In this document: one piece after another, positions 28,545 to 39,198 of the stretch
Position numbering within the stretch: the first letter of the stretch is position 1
Layout: each line of letters begins with the position of its first letter
DNA from: Candidatus Binatia bacterium
Lineage (GTDB): Bacteria > Desulfobacterota > Binatia > UBA9968 > CAXXLF01
Assembly: GCA_963664015.2 (NCBI GenBank)
Contig: CAXXLF010000002.1
Span: 1,664,001-1,728,000, forward strand
Length of the DNA stretch: 64,000 bases
Direction of reading: 5' to 3'
Program-made: the position numbers and the translations under genes
The notes under the pieces: generated by a model
Databases searched by the model: none
Told to the model about the DNA's origin: nothing
Seen by the model: the letters and a program-made list of their open reading frames with translations, nothing else

Positions 28545-30590
28545 ATGGAACATCCCACAGCTGTAGGATACCTTTATTGGATTGTGCTTTTCCCGTTGTT
28601 GGGAGCCGCCATCAATGGATTGGCCGGGGCCAAACTACAAAAGCACATGGGTAAAGGCGTCATCAGTTTTATCGCCTGTACACCCGTCTGCCTCTCCTTC
28701 CTTGTGTCGCTTTGGGCCTTTGTCCACCTCGCCAGCCTGGAACCGGAGAAGCGCTTTCTCATCGACAAGCTCTACACCTGGATCTCGCTGGACGCGCTGA
28801 AAGTGGACGTGGCCTTTTGGCTGGACCCCTTATCTGCCGTCATGATCCTTGTGGTTACGGGAATCGGTGGGCTCATCCACTTCTACTCCATCGGCTACAT
28901 GCATGACGACGATTCGTACTGGCGCTACTTTGCCTTTTTGAATCTCTTTACCTTTTCCATGCTCCTGCTAGTGCTGGGCGACAACCTCCTATTAATGTTT
29001 ATCGGTTGGGAAGGGGTGGGACTTTGCTCCTATGCCCTGATCGGTTTCTGGTACCGCGACCATGCCAACACGTCGGCTGGCAACAAGGCCTTCATTGTTA
29101 ACCGGGTGGGGGATTTCGGCTTTCTGCTTGGGATCTTTCTGATCTTTTGGTCCCTGTCGGATGCCGGCCACGGTACCGTGATCTTCCGAGAAATCGTGAA
29201 GTTCGCCCCCCTGCTCGAGCAGAAAGAGATTTGGGGCATCGGCGTTGTGACCCTCGCCACCTTGTTTCTCTTTGTCGGGGCCACAGGAAAGTCCGCACAG
29301 ATCCCCCTATTCGTCTGGCTCCCCGATGCCATGCAAGGGCCCACCCCGGTCAGTGCTTTAATCCACGCCGCGACCATGGTCACCGCCGGCGTCTATATGA
29401 TCGCCCGACTCAACGTCCTGTTTTCCATGGCTCCATTTACCCTGACAGTGGTGGCCGGGATTGGTGCCGCCACGGCCCTGTTTGCCGCCACGATTGCGGT
29501 CACCCAACACGACATCAAACGGGTCCTGGCCTATTCCACCATCAGCCAGCTCGGATACATGTTTCTGGCCGCCGGTGTGGGTGCTTATGGCGCCGCCGTG
29601 TTTCACCTGATGACTCACGCCTTTTTTAAGGCCTGTCTCTTTTTAGGTTCAGGCAGCGTGATTCACTCCCTCGGTGGCGAGCAGGATATGAGAAAAATGG
29701 GCGGGCTCAGAACCTACATGCCAACCACTTTCTGGACTTTTGCCGTATCTGTTCTTGCCATCAGTGGCGCGCCTCTAACCGCCGGTTTCTTTTCCAAAGA
29801 CGAGATCCTATGGCGCGCCTTCACCAGCTCCCATGGATCCATATTCCTTTGGGGTGTCGGCATCGTTACCGCCGGACTCACAGCCTTCTATATGTTTCGC
29901 CAGTTGTTTTTGGTCTTTTTCGGCGAGTGTCGTGTGGATCTCCAGGCCCGGGCGCACCTTCACGAATCCCCCAAGGTCATGACCGTGCCATTGGTCATCC
30001 TGGCCATTGGGGCCCTGCTTGTGGGTTGGATAGGTCTCCCCGCCATCTTTGGCGGCAGCCTTTTCGAGCACTGGCTCGAGCCCGTAACCGGCGGTCACGG
30101 TGACGATCATCACGGTTCCGCGGCCCTGGAATGGGGATTGATGCTCTTTTCTGTAGCCGTCGCCGCGACGGGGGTTTTCCTCGCCTATATCCTCTATTAC
30201 CGGCACAAAATCGATCCCGAGCGTTTTTCCTCGTTCGCCTGGGGTCTTCCCCACCGGGTGCTCCTCAACAAATACTACGTCGATGAGCTCTACTCCTTTG
30301 TCTTTATCAAAGGGGCCCTGCTGTTGGCCCGTATGGGAGCCTGGTTTGACCGGGCCATCATCGACTTCATCGTCGACGGTATCGCCAAAACCACGGCCTT
30401 TATTGCCTGGATCAACGGTCTATTCGACCACTATATCATCGACGGTATCGTCAATGTGATCGCCAATGGTACTTTTGCATTCGGGGATCGGTTTCGAAGG
30501 ATTCAGACGGGGAACATCAATAGCTACCTCTACGTCATTCTCGGTACCGTGGTGCTTGCCATGTACGTCAAATGGCGTTACTGGAGCTAA
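28545..30590 (+). CDS. nuoL: Complex I subunit L (cluster 1)
   Basis: GWEGVGLCSY, NRVGD and GKSAQIPLFVWLPDAMQGPTPVSALIHAATMV motifs. Confidence 0.97.
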   Translation: MEHPTAVGYLYWIVLFPLLGAAINGLAGAKLQKHMGKGVISFIACTPVCLSFLVSLWAFVHLASLEPEKRFLIDKLYTWISLDALKVDVAFWLDPLSAVMILVVTGIGGLIHFYSIGYMHDDDSYWRYFAFLNLFTFSMLLLVLGDNLLLMFIGWEGVGLCSYALIGFWYRDHANTSAGNKAFIVNRVGDFGFLLGIFLIFWSLSDAGHGTVIFREIVKFAPLLEQKEIWGIGVVTLATLFLFVGATGKSAQIPLFVWLPDAMQGPTPVSALIHAATMVTAGVYMIARLNVLFSMAPFTLTVVAGIGAATALFAATIAVTQHDIKRVLAYSTISQLGYMFLAAGVGAYGAAVFHLMTHAFFKACLFLGSGSVIHSLGGEQDMRKMGGLRTYMPTTFWTFAVSVLAISGAPLTAGFFSKDEILWRAFTSSHGSIFLWGVGIVTAGLTAFYMFRQLFLVFFGECRVDLQARAHLHESPKVMTVPLVILAIGALLVGWIGLPAIFGGSLFEHWLEPVTGGHGDDHHGSAALEWGLMLFSVAVAATGVFLAYILYYRHKIDPERFSSFAWGLPHRVLLNKYYVDELYSFVFIKGALLLARMGAWFDRAIIDFIVDGIAKTTAFIAWINGLFDHYIIDGIVNVIANGTFAFGDRFRRIQTGNINSYLYVILGTVVLAMYVKWRYWS

Positions 30591-30612
30591 GTTGCATAGG
30601 AGATTTTGAAAG

Positions 30613-32133
30613 ATGACAGACAATGTTCTCTCCCAAATGGTTTTCTTCCCCTTGTTGGGAGCCGTGGTGATTCTTTTTTTGCCGTCCAGCCGCCCCAACC
30701 TGATTCGGTGGGTCGCCGCTGCCGCAACGGTACCGCCCTTATTACTAGCCGGGTGGCTTTTCGCAAACTTTGACCGCACGGTCCCGGGCATACAGTTCGT
30801 TGAAAAAGCTTCCTGGATCCCTGCTTATAATATTGAATACTTTGTTGGCGTTGACGGGATCAGCATTTCTATGGTGCTCCTGACCGCGCTGATCTCTTTT
30901 ATTTGCATCTTTGCCTCCTGGGGTATCGATAAGGCCGTCAAAGGCTATTTTGCCCTTTTCCTACTACTGGACATGGGGATGATGGGGGTTTTTGTCTCCC
31001 TGGACTTCTTTCTTTTCTACATCTTTTGGGAAGTGATGCTGCTGCCCATGTATTTCCTCATCGGGATCTGGGGTGGGCCGAGGCGAGAATATGCCGCCAT
31101 CAAGTTCTTTCTATACACCTTGTTCGGTAGTGTCCTCATGCTACTGGCGATTTTAGCCCTCTACTTCACCAGCGACCCCCACACCTTCGACATGACTCAA
31201 CTAATTGCCCAGAACGACAAATACAGCCTGACTGTTCTCTCAATCTGGCCGTTCAATCTGTGGGGCTGGAGCTTCCAACATCTCGTTTGGATGGCGCTCT
31301 TCATCGGTTTTGCCATCAAGATTCCCGCTTTCCCTTTTCATACCTGGCTTCCAGACGCCCACGTCGAGGCACCGACTGCCATTTCCGTAATCTTGGCCGG
31401 CGTTCTCCTTAAAATGGGTGCCTACGGAATCCTGCGGATTAACTTCCCCATGCTTCCCGCGGCCACGGCGGATCTGGCTTTTTATTTCCTCGGCGCGCTG
31501 GGTGTATGGAACATTATCTATGGAGCCCTGTGCGCCATGGCACAGAAGGACTTGAAGAAACTCATCGCCTATTCCAGCGTCAGTCACATGGGCTACGTAA
31601 TGCTCGGGATGGCGAGTTTCACGTCTCACGGGATCAATGGTGCGGTCCTGCAGATGTTCAATCACGGAACCATCACCGCCATGCTCTTCCTCCTCGTGGG
31701 TGTGATCTACGATCGGGCTCATCACAGGGATATCGACGGTTTCGGCGGACTGGCAGCCTCCATGCCGTTGTACACGGGGGTTACCGCACTTGCCTTTTTT
31801 GCCTCCATGGGGCTTCCCGGTTTGTCCGGATTCATCTCCGAGGTTCTCGTTCTATTGGGGGCCTGGCAAAATTATCCGATTCTCGCCATTCTGGGGGCGA
31901 GCGGCGTGATCCTGACGGCGGGGTACCTCCTATGGACGATACAGCGGGTCTTTCTGGGCCAGCCCAATGAGAAATATCAGGGCATAGCGGAAATCAATGG
32001 ACGAGAATTGTTTACTCTAATCCCCCTCGGAATAATCGTCATTATCCTTGGAGTCTATCCTCACGCTGTTCTGGACCTTTTGAGCGCTTCTTTGAATCAA
32101 CTCAATGCCATGGTGATTCCACATCTGTCGTAA
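30613..32133 (+). CDS. nuoM: Complex I subunit M (cluster 1)
   Basis: FWEVMLLP, PFHTWLPDAHVEAP and LLKMG motifs. Confidence 0.97.
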   Translation: MTDNVLSQMVFFPLLGAVVILFLPSSRPNLIRWVAAAATVPPLLLAGWLFANFDRTVPGIQFVEKASWIPAYNIEYFVGVDGISISMVLLTALISFICIFASWGIDKAVKGYFALFLLLDMGMMGVFVSLDFFLFYIFWEVMLLPMYFLIGIWGGPRREYAAIKFFLYTLFGSVLMLLAILALYFTSDPHTFDMTQLIAQNDKYSLTVLSIWPFNLWGWSFQHLVWMALFIGFAIKIPAFPFHTWLPDAHVEAPTAISVILAGVLLKMGAYGILRINFPMLPAATADLAFYFLGALGVWNIIYGALCAMAQKDLKKLIAYSSVSHMGYVMLGMASFTSHGINGAVLQMFNHGTITAMLFLLVGVIYDRAHHRDIDGFGGLAASMPLYTGVTALAFFASMGLPGLSGFISEVLVLLGAWQNYPILAILGASGVILTAGYLLWTIQRVFLGQPNEKYQGIAEINGRELFTLIPLGIIVIILGVYPHAVLDLLSASLNQLNAMVIPHLS

Positions 32134-32138
32134 AAACC

Positions 32139-33614
32139 ATGAACCTTGCCAATCTAGAGAGCCTAAGATTCTTTTCGCCCGAGTTGATTTTGGCCGGGAC
32201 GATCCTCGTCCTGACCTTTCTTGACCTCTTCATTAATAACAAGAAGTCATTGCCCCTACTGGCAGCGGCGGGAGCGCTTCTCTCACTTTGGGCGGTATGG
32301 GACCTTACGGGGACACCGGGAGGTTCGCTCTTCTACCGCATGATCGTCCTGGACAACTTCAGTCTCTTTTTTAAAGTCGTCTCGTTACTGGCGGTCCTGT
32401 TGGCTATCTGGATGTCCATGGAATCTCATGAAGTGCGACAGGTCCACCAAGGCGAATTCTACACGGTTTTGCTGACGGCCGCCCTGGGCATGTTCTTCAT
32501 GGCATCTTCGAGCAATCTTCTCATGGCCTATCTTTCCCTTGAGCTCGTAAGCCTCACGTCCTACATCCTGACCGGCACGTTGCCCCACAACCGACGTTCC
32601 AGCGAAGCCGCCTTGAAATACCTGATCTACGGTGGTGTTGCATCCGGATGCATGATCTTTGGAATGAGCTGGGTCTTTGGCATTACGGGTAGCCTTGATT
32701 ACGCCCGCATCAATGAGATTCTCCTCGCAGGCGCAGCAAGCCCAATGGCCCTTTTTATCGCCTTTGTCTTGATCATAGCGGGATTCGGTTACAAGATCGT
32801 CATCGTCCCGTTCCACATGTGGTCCCCCGACGTGTATCAGGGCGCCCCAATCCCCATTACCGCGTTTCTCTCGGTGGGCTCCAACGCCGCCGGCCTCGCC
32901 ATAATGATTCGCTTCTTTTTTCCAGCCGTCTCTCGTATGGGGGCAGGCGGCGAATGGATCTCCATCCCTGGCGTCGAGTGGCCCCAGCTTCTCTGGATCG
33001 TTAGCGCGGTGACCATGACTGTCGGGAACCTGTGCGCGCTCAATCAGCAGAACCTCAAACGGTTGCTGGCTTACTCGGGGATTGCCCACGCCGGGTACCT
33101 TCTCATGGGACTCGTCGTCCTGAATAACGACGGTTTGAGTGCCATACTTTTCTATATCGTGGTTTATCTGATCATGAACCTGGGAGCCTTTTTGGTCGTC
33201 ATGATGATTTCCAATGCCACGGGGAGAGAGGACCTGGATGGATATCGAGGTCTCGCCTGGCGCGGCGCAGCATTCCCTGCGGTTTGTATGGCGATCTTTT
33301 TATTCTCACTGACCGGGTTACCCCCGCTGGCCGGCTTCGTCGGGAAGCTGCTGCTCTTTGCGGCGGTGATCAAAGGACAGTTTTATGTCCTGGCCGTGGT
33401 AGGCATTCTCAACAGTGTGATCTCCCTCTACTATTACGCCCGAATCGTGAAGACCATGTTTCTCGATACACCTACCGAAGACGGCCAGGTAACTGTGGCT
33501 GTCAGAATTCTGCCCTTGCTGCTTCTCCTCACCGTTCCCACGGTGGTCCTCGGCATCTTCTGGGAACCCCTGTTCCGCTACACGAACCAGTCGCTGAGCT
33601 TTTTTATCAAGTAG
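32139..33614 (+). CDS. nuoN: Complex I subunit N (cluster 1)
   Basis: SEAALKY, PFHMWSPDVYQGAP and KRLLAYSGIAHAGY motifs. Confidence 0.96.
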   Translation: MNLANLESLRFFSPELILAGTILVLTFLDLFINNKKSLPLLAAAGALLSLWAVWDLTGTPGGSLFYRMIVLDNFSLFFKVVSLLAVLLAIWMSMESHEVRQVHQGEFYTVLLTAALGMFFMASSSNLLMAYLSLELVSLTSYILTGTLPHNRRSSEAALKYLIYGGVASGCMIFGMSWVFGITGSLDYARINEILLAGAASPMALFIAFVLIIAGFGYKIVIVPFHMWSPDVYQGAPIPITAFLSVGSNAAGLAIMIRFFFPAVSRMGAGGEWISIPGVEWPQLLWIVSAVTMTVGNLCALNQQNLKRLLAYSGIAHAGYLLMGLVVLNNDGLSAILFYIVVYLIMNLGAFLVVMMISNATGREDLDGYRGLAWRGAAFPAVCMAIFLFSLTGLPPLAGFVGKLLLFAAVIKGQFYVLAVVGILNSVISLYYYARIVKTMFLDTPTEDGQVTVAVRILPLLLLLTVPTVVLGIFWEPLFRYTNQSLSFFIK

Positions 33615-33624
33615 CAGCCCCTCT

Positions 33625-34640
33625 TCATTGACCCATCGCATGCAGAGGCAGAAGGGGAAAGCCATCGTTACATGAGGTTCGCCTCGCAGCTCTTATGCGG
33701 ACAGCCTGGATCTGTGCCATCGTGCCCGGCACCCCATCTCGGCTACAGCCTTTAAGGATCACAACCTTGCTCAATGCCTCCGCTTCAGTGCCCGAGGGGG
33801 CAAGCACTACGGCCTGAACCCGTTCGGTCACCGGTTTCCCGCTCCGTGGATCGATGAGATGCCCGTATCTCTGCCCGGCGATCTCAAACCATCGGCCCAG
33901 ACTGTCGGACGCGGGAAATGCCTGATCCCTTAACTCCACGAGTCCGACCGGGTCATGGTCCGGGAACTGTAACAGCAGTGTCCATACCTGGGCGTCGGGG
34001 GGGGAGCCAATGGCAATGACGCTGCTCTGGCCAAAATTGATGAATGCGGCTTTAATGCCGTTGCTTTTGAAGAGTTGTGCGATGAGATCAACCGCATACC
34101 CTTTACCGATACCCCCGGTATCGATCCTGACTCCATCCCTTTGGAGCTCGACCCCACGGTCGGGGTAGAGAACAACTTGATTCATACCGACCAGGCTCCG
34201 GACTCTCGTCAGTGCTCGCGCCGATGGAGCTTCTTTCTCATTCCAGCGGATTGCCAAAGATCCACAAGAGGACCGACCGTCACATCGAATACCCCAGCGG
34301 TTTTGATACTAAGGTCCTTGGCCAGCACCAGCAACTCGTATAATTCTGGAGAGACTTGGGTCTTACCGGTGTCTCCTTTTCGATTCAGCCGGCTGACTTC
34401 GCTCTCGGGTTTGTAATTACTCAAAAGTCCATCCAGTCTCTCCGCTAAAGAGAATGCCTTATTGAGTGTCCTGCGCGCCGCCCGCCCGTCGTGATGATAC
34501 AGGGTGAGGTCGAAGCAGGGTACCCATCACGTAGGGGACCTCGCGGTAGCGTTGGTATGACTCGGCGTGAGCTGCATGGACCCTTAAAATCGGGAAGAGG
34601 AGCAATGCGATGAAGGGAAGGGTTAGGATCCGCTTTTGCA
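33625..34640 (-). pseudogene. apbE: FAD:protein FMN transferase ApbE, frameshifted and lacking a start
   Basis: VMGT, SNYKPESEVSRLN, GVFDVTVGPL, DTGGIGKGY and YGHLIDPRSG are split over three frames (shifts near 34515 and 34245). Confidence 0.85.
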
Positions 34641-34644
34641 GAAA

Positions 34645-34959
34645 GTCACTAAGGTCATTGAGCGCATCCTTTTTCTCGAGGGGATTCCCAACGTCACCGG
34701 CTACGACAAGATTATCACCGGCCAGACGGTGAAGGAGCAGCTGGAAATCGCCCTTGGCCTGGAGCTGGGGGCAATCCCGGTGCTCAAGTCAGGCATTTCA
34801 ACCTGTCTCGAGCTGTCGGACGATACGAGCCGGGAACTCCTGGAGCACATCATTCAGGATGATGAGCATCACGTCGATTGGATCGAAACCCAGCTCCATT
34901 TGATCCAGGAAACGGGCTATGAAAACTACCTCGCCCAGCAGATCTTTAAAAAGGCTTAG
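34645..34959 (+). pseudogene. bfr: Bacterioferritin, 5'-truncated
   Basis: IERILFLEGIPN..DEHHVDWIETQL..GYENYL is the C-terminal two-thirds of Bfr; N-terminal ~55 codons absent. Confidence 0.85.
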
Positions 34960-35065
34960 TCAGACCTGAGTTCATCAGGGGGAATGGTGGTGTGGGTCAC
35001 CGGTTGGTTTCTACATCCTAGAAGCGAATCATCCGCTGAGGTGGCCGCCAGGTTGTGGGAGCGGG

Positions 35066-37078
35066 CTAAGAACCGCTGTGCGACAGGGCCTTTTTGGGGG
35101 CTAGCACGAAGAACCAGAGCAGAGAACCTAGGAATAGAACCAACATACCTACTTGGATCAAGAACCCCTCGGCGTTAGGATAGATTCCTAGGGTAGGGAC
35201 GGGGGTGAAATTCAAAGGGGTCTTGCTCAAAAGATCCACCTGCTGCAAACGGTAGATCCCCTCGCCTGCGAATATGGTAGCCAGCATATAGAGAAGACCA
35301 CTGGTCAAGCCAAAAAAGTAACGCAAGGGGATTTTGAGACCCGCCTTAAAGATCGCCAAGATGACCAGCATGAGCAGACCCAATCCCAGGAAAAACCCCA
35401 GCAGGACGTGACTCGGGGAAGCAGTCCCTTGTAGGAGCAGGGCCTGGTAGAACAAAACTGTTTCCAATCCTTCCCGGTACACCGCAAGGAAGGCAACCCC
35501 GGCCAAGGCCATGACGTGCCCTGTGGACAAGGCAGCTTGGATCTTGGTTTTAATAAAGTCCATCCACCGTTGCGCTTCCAACTTGGCAAGCAGCCAGTAA
35601 CTCACATAGAAAAGCACCAAGGCCGCCAGTAACGAGGCGATCCCCTCAATGAGCTCGCGATTGGAGCCGCTCACTTTGATCAAGAATGCGGCGATGAACC
35701 AGGAAATGAGAGTCGCCACCATGGCACCGATCCAGCCTAAATGGACATAATAGGCGGCTCCATGCTGCCCTGAGGATCGAAGAAAGGCGAGTATGGCCGC
35801 CACAATCAAGGCAGCCTCGAGTCCTTCCCTCAAGATGATCGTCATTGAATTTAGAAAGGCAAAGTACGGGCTCGACGGCCCTTCGGCCAACTCAGCCTGT
35901 ACCGTCAAGAGTTCGTCTCGCAGCTTGTTGAGGAGGACCGAGCTCTGTGTCAGATCAGCCGCCTTCAGGGTCCTCCTGGTGGCAAGGAACAACTTCTCGA
36001 TGTCCTGAATGCGGTCAGGTCGAACGGCCTGAAGTTGCGGCTCTGCGAGCTCGAACCCCTCCAGATAACCCTCCAACACGGTGGCGTAGGCTTCATTTGC
36101 CTTGCCTTCTTTAACCAGGGTCAGGCTTTGCTCGACCAGTGCCAGGGCGTAAGGTAACGGATCCAATCCCGCCTGCCCGGCAAAGTCGGACCTCAAATAG
36201 GCCAGGATCGCCTTTTTCTCATCCGGCTTAACCATCCCTTTGTCGGCCAAACGCGCCGATAGCTCTCCATCGGTCAGGAATGCGAGGGTTCTCAAGTCGC
36301 CCAACTCCTGTTTTAGCAGGGGATTCCACAGAGACTTGCCTGCTTCGACCTCAGCCGTCGAAAAGCGTAAAGAAAAAACATAAAAGGCGAGGTGCCATCG
36401 ATCCTGTTCGCTGAAGGCATCGAAAGAGGCCATGCCCGTACCGGTAATGCCGAATGACAAGACGTTGAAGGCCTTAAAGGGTGAAAGTCCCTCCATAACA
36501 GAGGCATTGTTAAACTTGCTCGGCGGCGGTTTCAATTTCCGAGCCTCGGCAGTATCCGCCTTGCCGTCAGCACCATGGCAAGTGGCGCAGGTCTCCTGAT
36601 AAAGCTGATTCCCCCGTTCCCCTGACGGGGATTGCAAAGGGAACGTCGTCACACCGTAGACGGATACCGTACGATCCTTGATCTGTTTGCTCAGGCTAGC
36701 CACCTCTGCAGGATCGCCCTTACCGTCAATTAACTCCTTGAGTCGTTGAAGCCCTTGTTGAATAGGAACTGAATCCTGCGGCCTGGAAGGCGCGGGTAGG
36801 GACGTGTACAGCGCCAGGGCGTCGGTACTGAAGGCCAGCATCTCTTGATACTCCTCCGGGACAACGACCTTTCCGTCGCGAACGGCTACCGAGTAGTCCC
36901 TGCCGATATAATCCACCAGGAGAAGGAAGCGACGAACTTCACTAGCAGGTGCAGGGGTGACCCATAGCAAGGTCAGCCCAAAAAGCAACAATAACAACCG
37001 GTTGGTAGTAACACGCCAATGGGGGCCCGTTAATTGCACCAGCCTCACCTTGATCTTTCGAGGGTCCTGCAATAACAT
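35066..37078 (-). CDS. FTR1-family iron permease with N-terminal cytochrome c domain (PbrT-like)
   Basis: VDYIGRDY, CATCH heme motif, two REGLE motifs in the TM domain. Confidence 0.92.
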   Translation of the reverse strand: MLLQDPRKIKVRLVQLTGPHWRVTTNRLLLLLFGLTLLWVTPAPASEVRRFLLLVDYIGRDYSVAVRDGKVVVPEEYQEMLAFSTDALALYTSLPAPSRPQDSVPIQQGLQRLKELIDGKGDPAEVASLSKQIKDRTVSVYGVTTFPLQSPSGERGNQLYQETCATCHGADGKADTAEARKLKPPPSKFNNASVMEGLSPFKAFNVLSFGITGTGMASFDAFSEQDRWHLAFYVFSLRFSTAEVEAGKSLWNPLLKQELGDLRTLAFLTDGELSARLADKGMVKPDEKKAILAYLRSDFAGQAGLDPLPYALALVEQSLTLVKEGKANEAYATVLEGYLEGFELAEPQLQAVRPDRIQDIEKLFLATRRTLKAADLTQSSVLLNKLRDELLTVQAELAEGPSSPYFAFLNSMTIILREGLEAALIVAAILAFLRSSGQHGAAYYVHLGWIGAMVATLISWFIAAFLIKVSGSNRELIEGIASLLAALVLFYVSYWLLAKLEAQRWMDFIKTKIQAALSTGHVMALAGVAFLAVYREGLETVLFYQALLLQGTASPSHVLLGFFLGLGLLMLVILAIFKAGLKIPLRYFFGLTSGLLYMLATIFAGEGIYRLQQVDLLSKTPLNFTPVPTLGIYPNAEGFLIQVGMLVLFLGSLLWFFVLAPKKALSHSGS

Positions 37079-37144
37079 GTCCTCGTTCTTTGGATTTATT
37101 ACCCCAAACTGAACTAGTTGTGTTCACTAAGGGAATCTAATATC

Positions 37145-37158
37145 TTCGACTAGGCGAA
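37145..37158. promoter_or_regulatory. Candidate DtxR/MntR operator
   Basis: Palindrome TTCGACTAGGCGAA between the divergent FTR1 and dtxR-like genes. Confidence 0.5.
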
Positions 37159-37180
37159 TTAGAAACATTTGTCAATAGGC

Positions 37181-37849
37181 ATGGACCTTAACAATATCAC
37201 TTCGGTTACCCAAGATTATCTGAAGGGAATTTACGTTCTCGCGGAAGAGGGCAAACCAGTCATTGCTGCCCGCGTGGCCGAGGAGATCGGCGTTTCCCCG
37301 TCGACGATGTTCAGTGCCCTGCGCCGGTTGGAGAAAGACGGTTTGGCCAAGGTCGAGAGTCGTAAGGAGATTCACTTGACGGCCAAGGGGCGAAAGGTCG
37401 CCGAAACGATCCTGAGGCGCCATTTCCTTACCGAACGGCTCCTCACTGACCTTTTGGGTCTTGATTGGGTCATGGCGCATCGAGAGGCCCATCATTTAGA
37501 ACACGCCATCTCCCCGGTCGTCGAGGAGCGGTTGGCGGAGATTTTACACCATCCGACGACCTGTCCCCATGGAAACCCTATCCCTAATGAGGGAAGGGCA
37601 CCCAAAGTAGGCAAATGGATCCCCCTCAGTTCTATCGACCCGGGCCAAGAAGTGGAACTTCTATCCATCAGTGAGATGGGGGAAAGAGACCCTCGGCTGC
37701 TCAGTTTTCTACTCGAGCACAAGCTGGTTCCCAGTGCCAGGATTCACGTGCTCGACGTTGCACCCTCACTGGGAATTATGAACCTCCGCGTGGGAAAAGA
37801 TGAATTTACGCTCGGGATCGAAGCAGCCAAAAAGCTTCGTGTCCAGTGA
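37181..37849 (+). CDS. DtxR/MntR-family metal-dependent repressor
   Basis: QDYLKGIY, RRHFLTERLL, EAHHLEH and CPHGNPIP motifs; C-terminal FeoA-like domain. Confidence 0.95.
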   Translation: MDLNNITSVTQDYLKGIYVLAEEGKPVIAARVAEEIGVSPSTMFSALRRLEKDGLAKVESRKEIHLTAKGRKVAETILRRHFLTERLLTDLLGLDWVMAHREAHHLEHAISPVVEERLAEILHHPTTCPHGNPIPNEGRAPKVGKWIPLSSIDPGQEVELLSISEMGERDPRLLSFLLEHKLVPSARIHVLDVAPSLGIMNLRVGKDEFTLGIEAAKKLRVQ

Positions 37850-37901
37850 GGCCGGGATTCCAGCTTCGAACTGGCCGGCCCGCCTCCCAGGCCATGACTG
37901 C

Positions 37902-38195
37902 TTACACTTGTAGAAGCTCTCTGAATTCGGAAGGCACCGCACCGGGATCCGGCACCGAGCGTTTGATTTCACCGGCCAAGAAGTCCACCTGGTCCCGCAC
38001 CGAGAGATCTCGATCGAGGATGATGATCTTCTTTTCATTGAGGCGGCAGCTACCGCTCGCTACACGATAACCTACCTCGCGCAGCAGCTTTTCGGTGCGA
38101 ACGTCGATTTGCATCAGTTCGGCGCAACGGATTAACTCGTCCAGCCTTATCTGCGACTTGGTTTGAGTCCGAGGTTTTTTCTCTTTTGCTTGCAT
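37902..38195 (-). CDS. Hypothetical protein
   Basis: 97-aa ORF (VRTEKLLREVGYRVASGSCR) with upstream TTTACA-17-CATAAT. Confidence 0.7.
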   Translation of the reverse strand: MQAKEKKPRTQTKSQIRLDELIRCAELMQIDVRTEKLLREVGYRVASGSCRLNEKKIIILDRDLSVRDQVDFLAGEIKRSVPDPGAVPSEFRELLQV

Positions 38196-38362
38196 GTTCG
38201 CGTTGGACCTATTATGGCGAATGTTGATGGATGTGTAAACCCAAAAAGAGGAAGAGGACCATTCTATCGTGCGAGCTTTCCATGGTATACTGATTTTAGC
38301 GTCCGAATCTTGTCCGTGACGCCCAAGGGTGCCCGTAAGAATTTCTTCCGGGAGGTCGATCC

Positions 38363-39198
38363 ATGATCAAAAGTATTCTTGTCCCGATTGACGGTTCCTA
38401 ACATGGCAAGGCCGCACTCGATTACAGCTTATGGTTAGCCGAAATCTTTACGGCTCGCTTTTTGGGCAACACGTGATCGATACGGCCTCTCTCGAAGGGA
38501 CCTATTTTCATGACATCTCGGGTTCCCTTGGCTTTGGGCCCTACCTGGACTTCTCCAGCAAGATGCGGAAAGTCTTGGAAGAAAGAGGCAATGGTCTACT
38601 GGAAGAATTCAGCAAACGTTGCCGGAACAAGGGTACCCGCAACGACACCTTTCTCGACATGGGCATCGTACCTAACGAGATTGGCGAAAGAGCGAAGGTA
38701 GCGGACCTCGTGGTCCTTGGCCATCGGGGTATCAATGAAGAGTTCTCCGCCGGCTTGCTCGGGAGCGCTTCCGAAAGCGTGACGCGCAAGTGTCCCCGCC
38801 CCGTTTTCATCACAACACAAACCTTTAAGCCTATTAAAAAACCGCTTCTTGCCGATGACGGGAGTCAGCGGTCCAGCTCCGCCATGGAATCCGCAGCCGA
38901 GTTCTGTACCCAACTGGGCCTTCCGATGACGGTTCTATACGTACCCAAAGAGGAAGGCATGGAGGAGAAGGTTTTCCAGGAGGCCAGGTCCTACCTTGGA
39001 TCCTATGATGTGGAGGTCCAGTACGAGGTGGCCAAGGGTTTTCCGGAACAAAAGATCGTGAAGTACTTGCGCAACCTTGATTACGATCGTGTCTTTATCG
39101 GTGCCTACGGACACCAGCGCATAATCGAGCTGCTACTGGGAGGAACCACCGAGTATGTGTTCAGAAACAGTCCCTGCCCGATTTTCCTCAAGCGATGA
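38363..39198 (+). pseudogene. Tandem universal stress protein, disrupted
   Basis: MIKSILVPIDGS is followed by in-frame TAA (38399-401) and a frameshift near 38460; downstream ADLVVLGHRG, LGSASE and GAYGH..LGGTT motifs. Confidence 0.8.
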
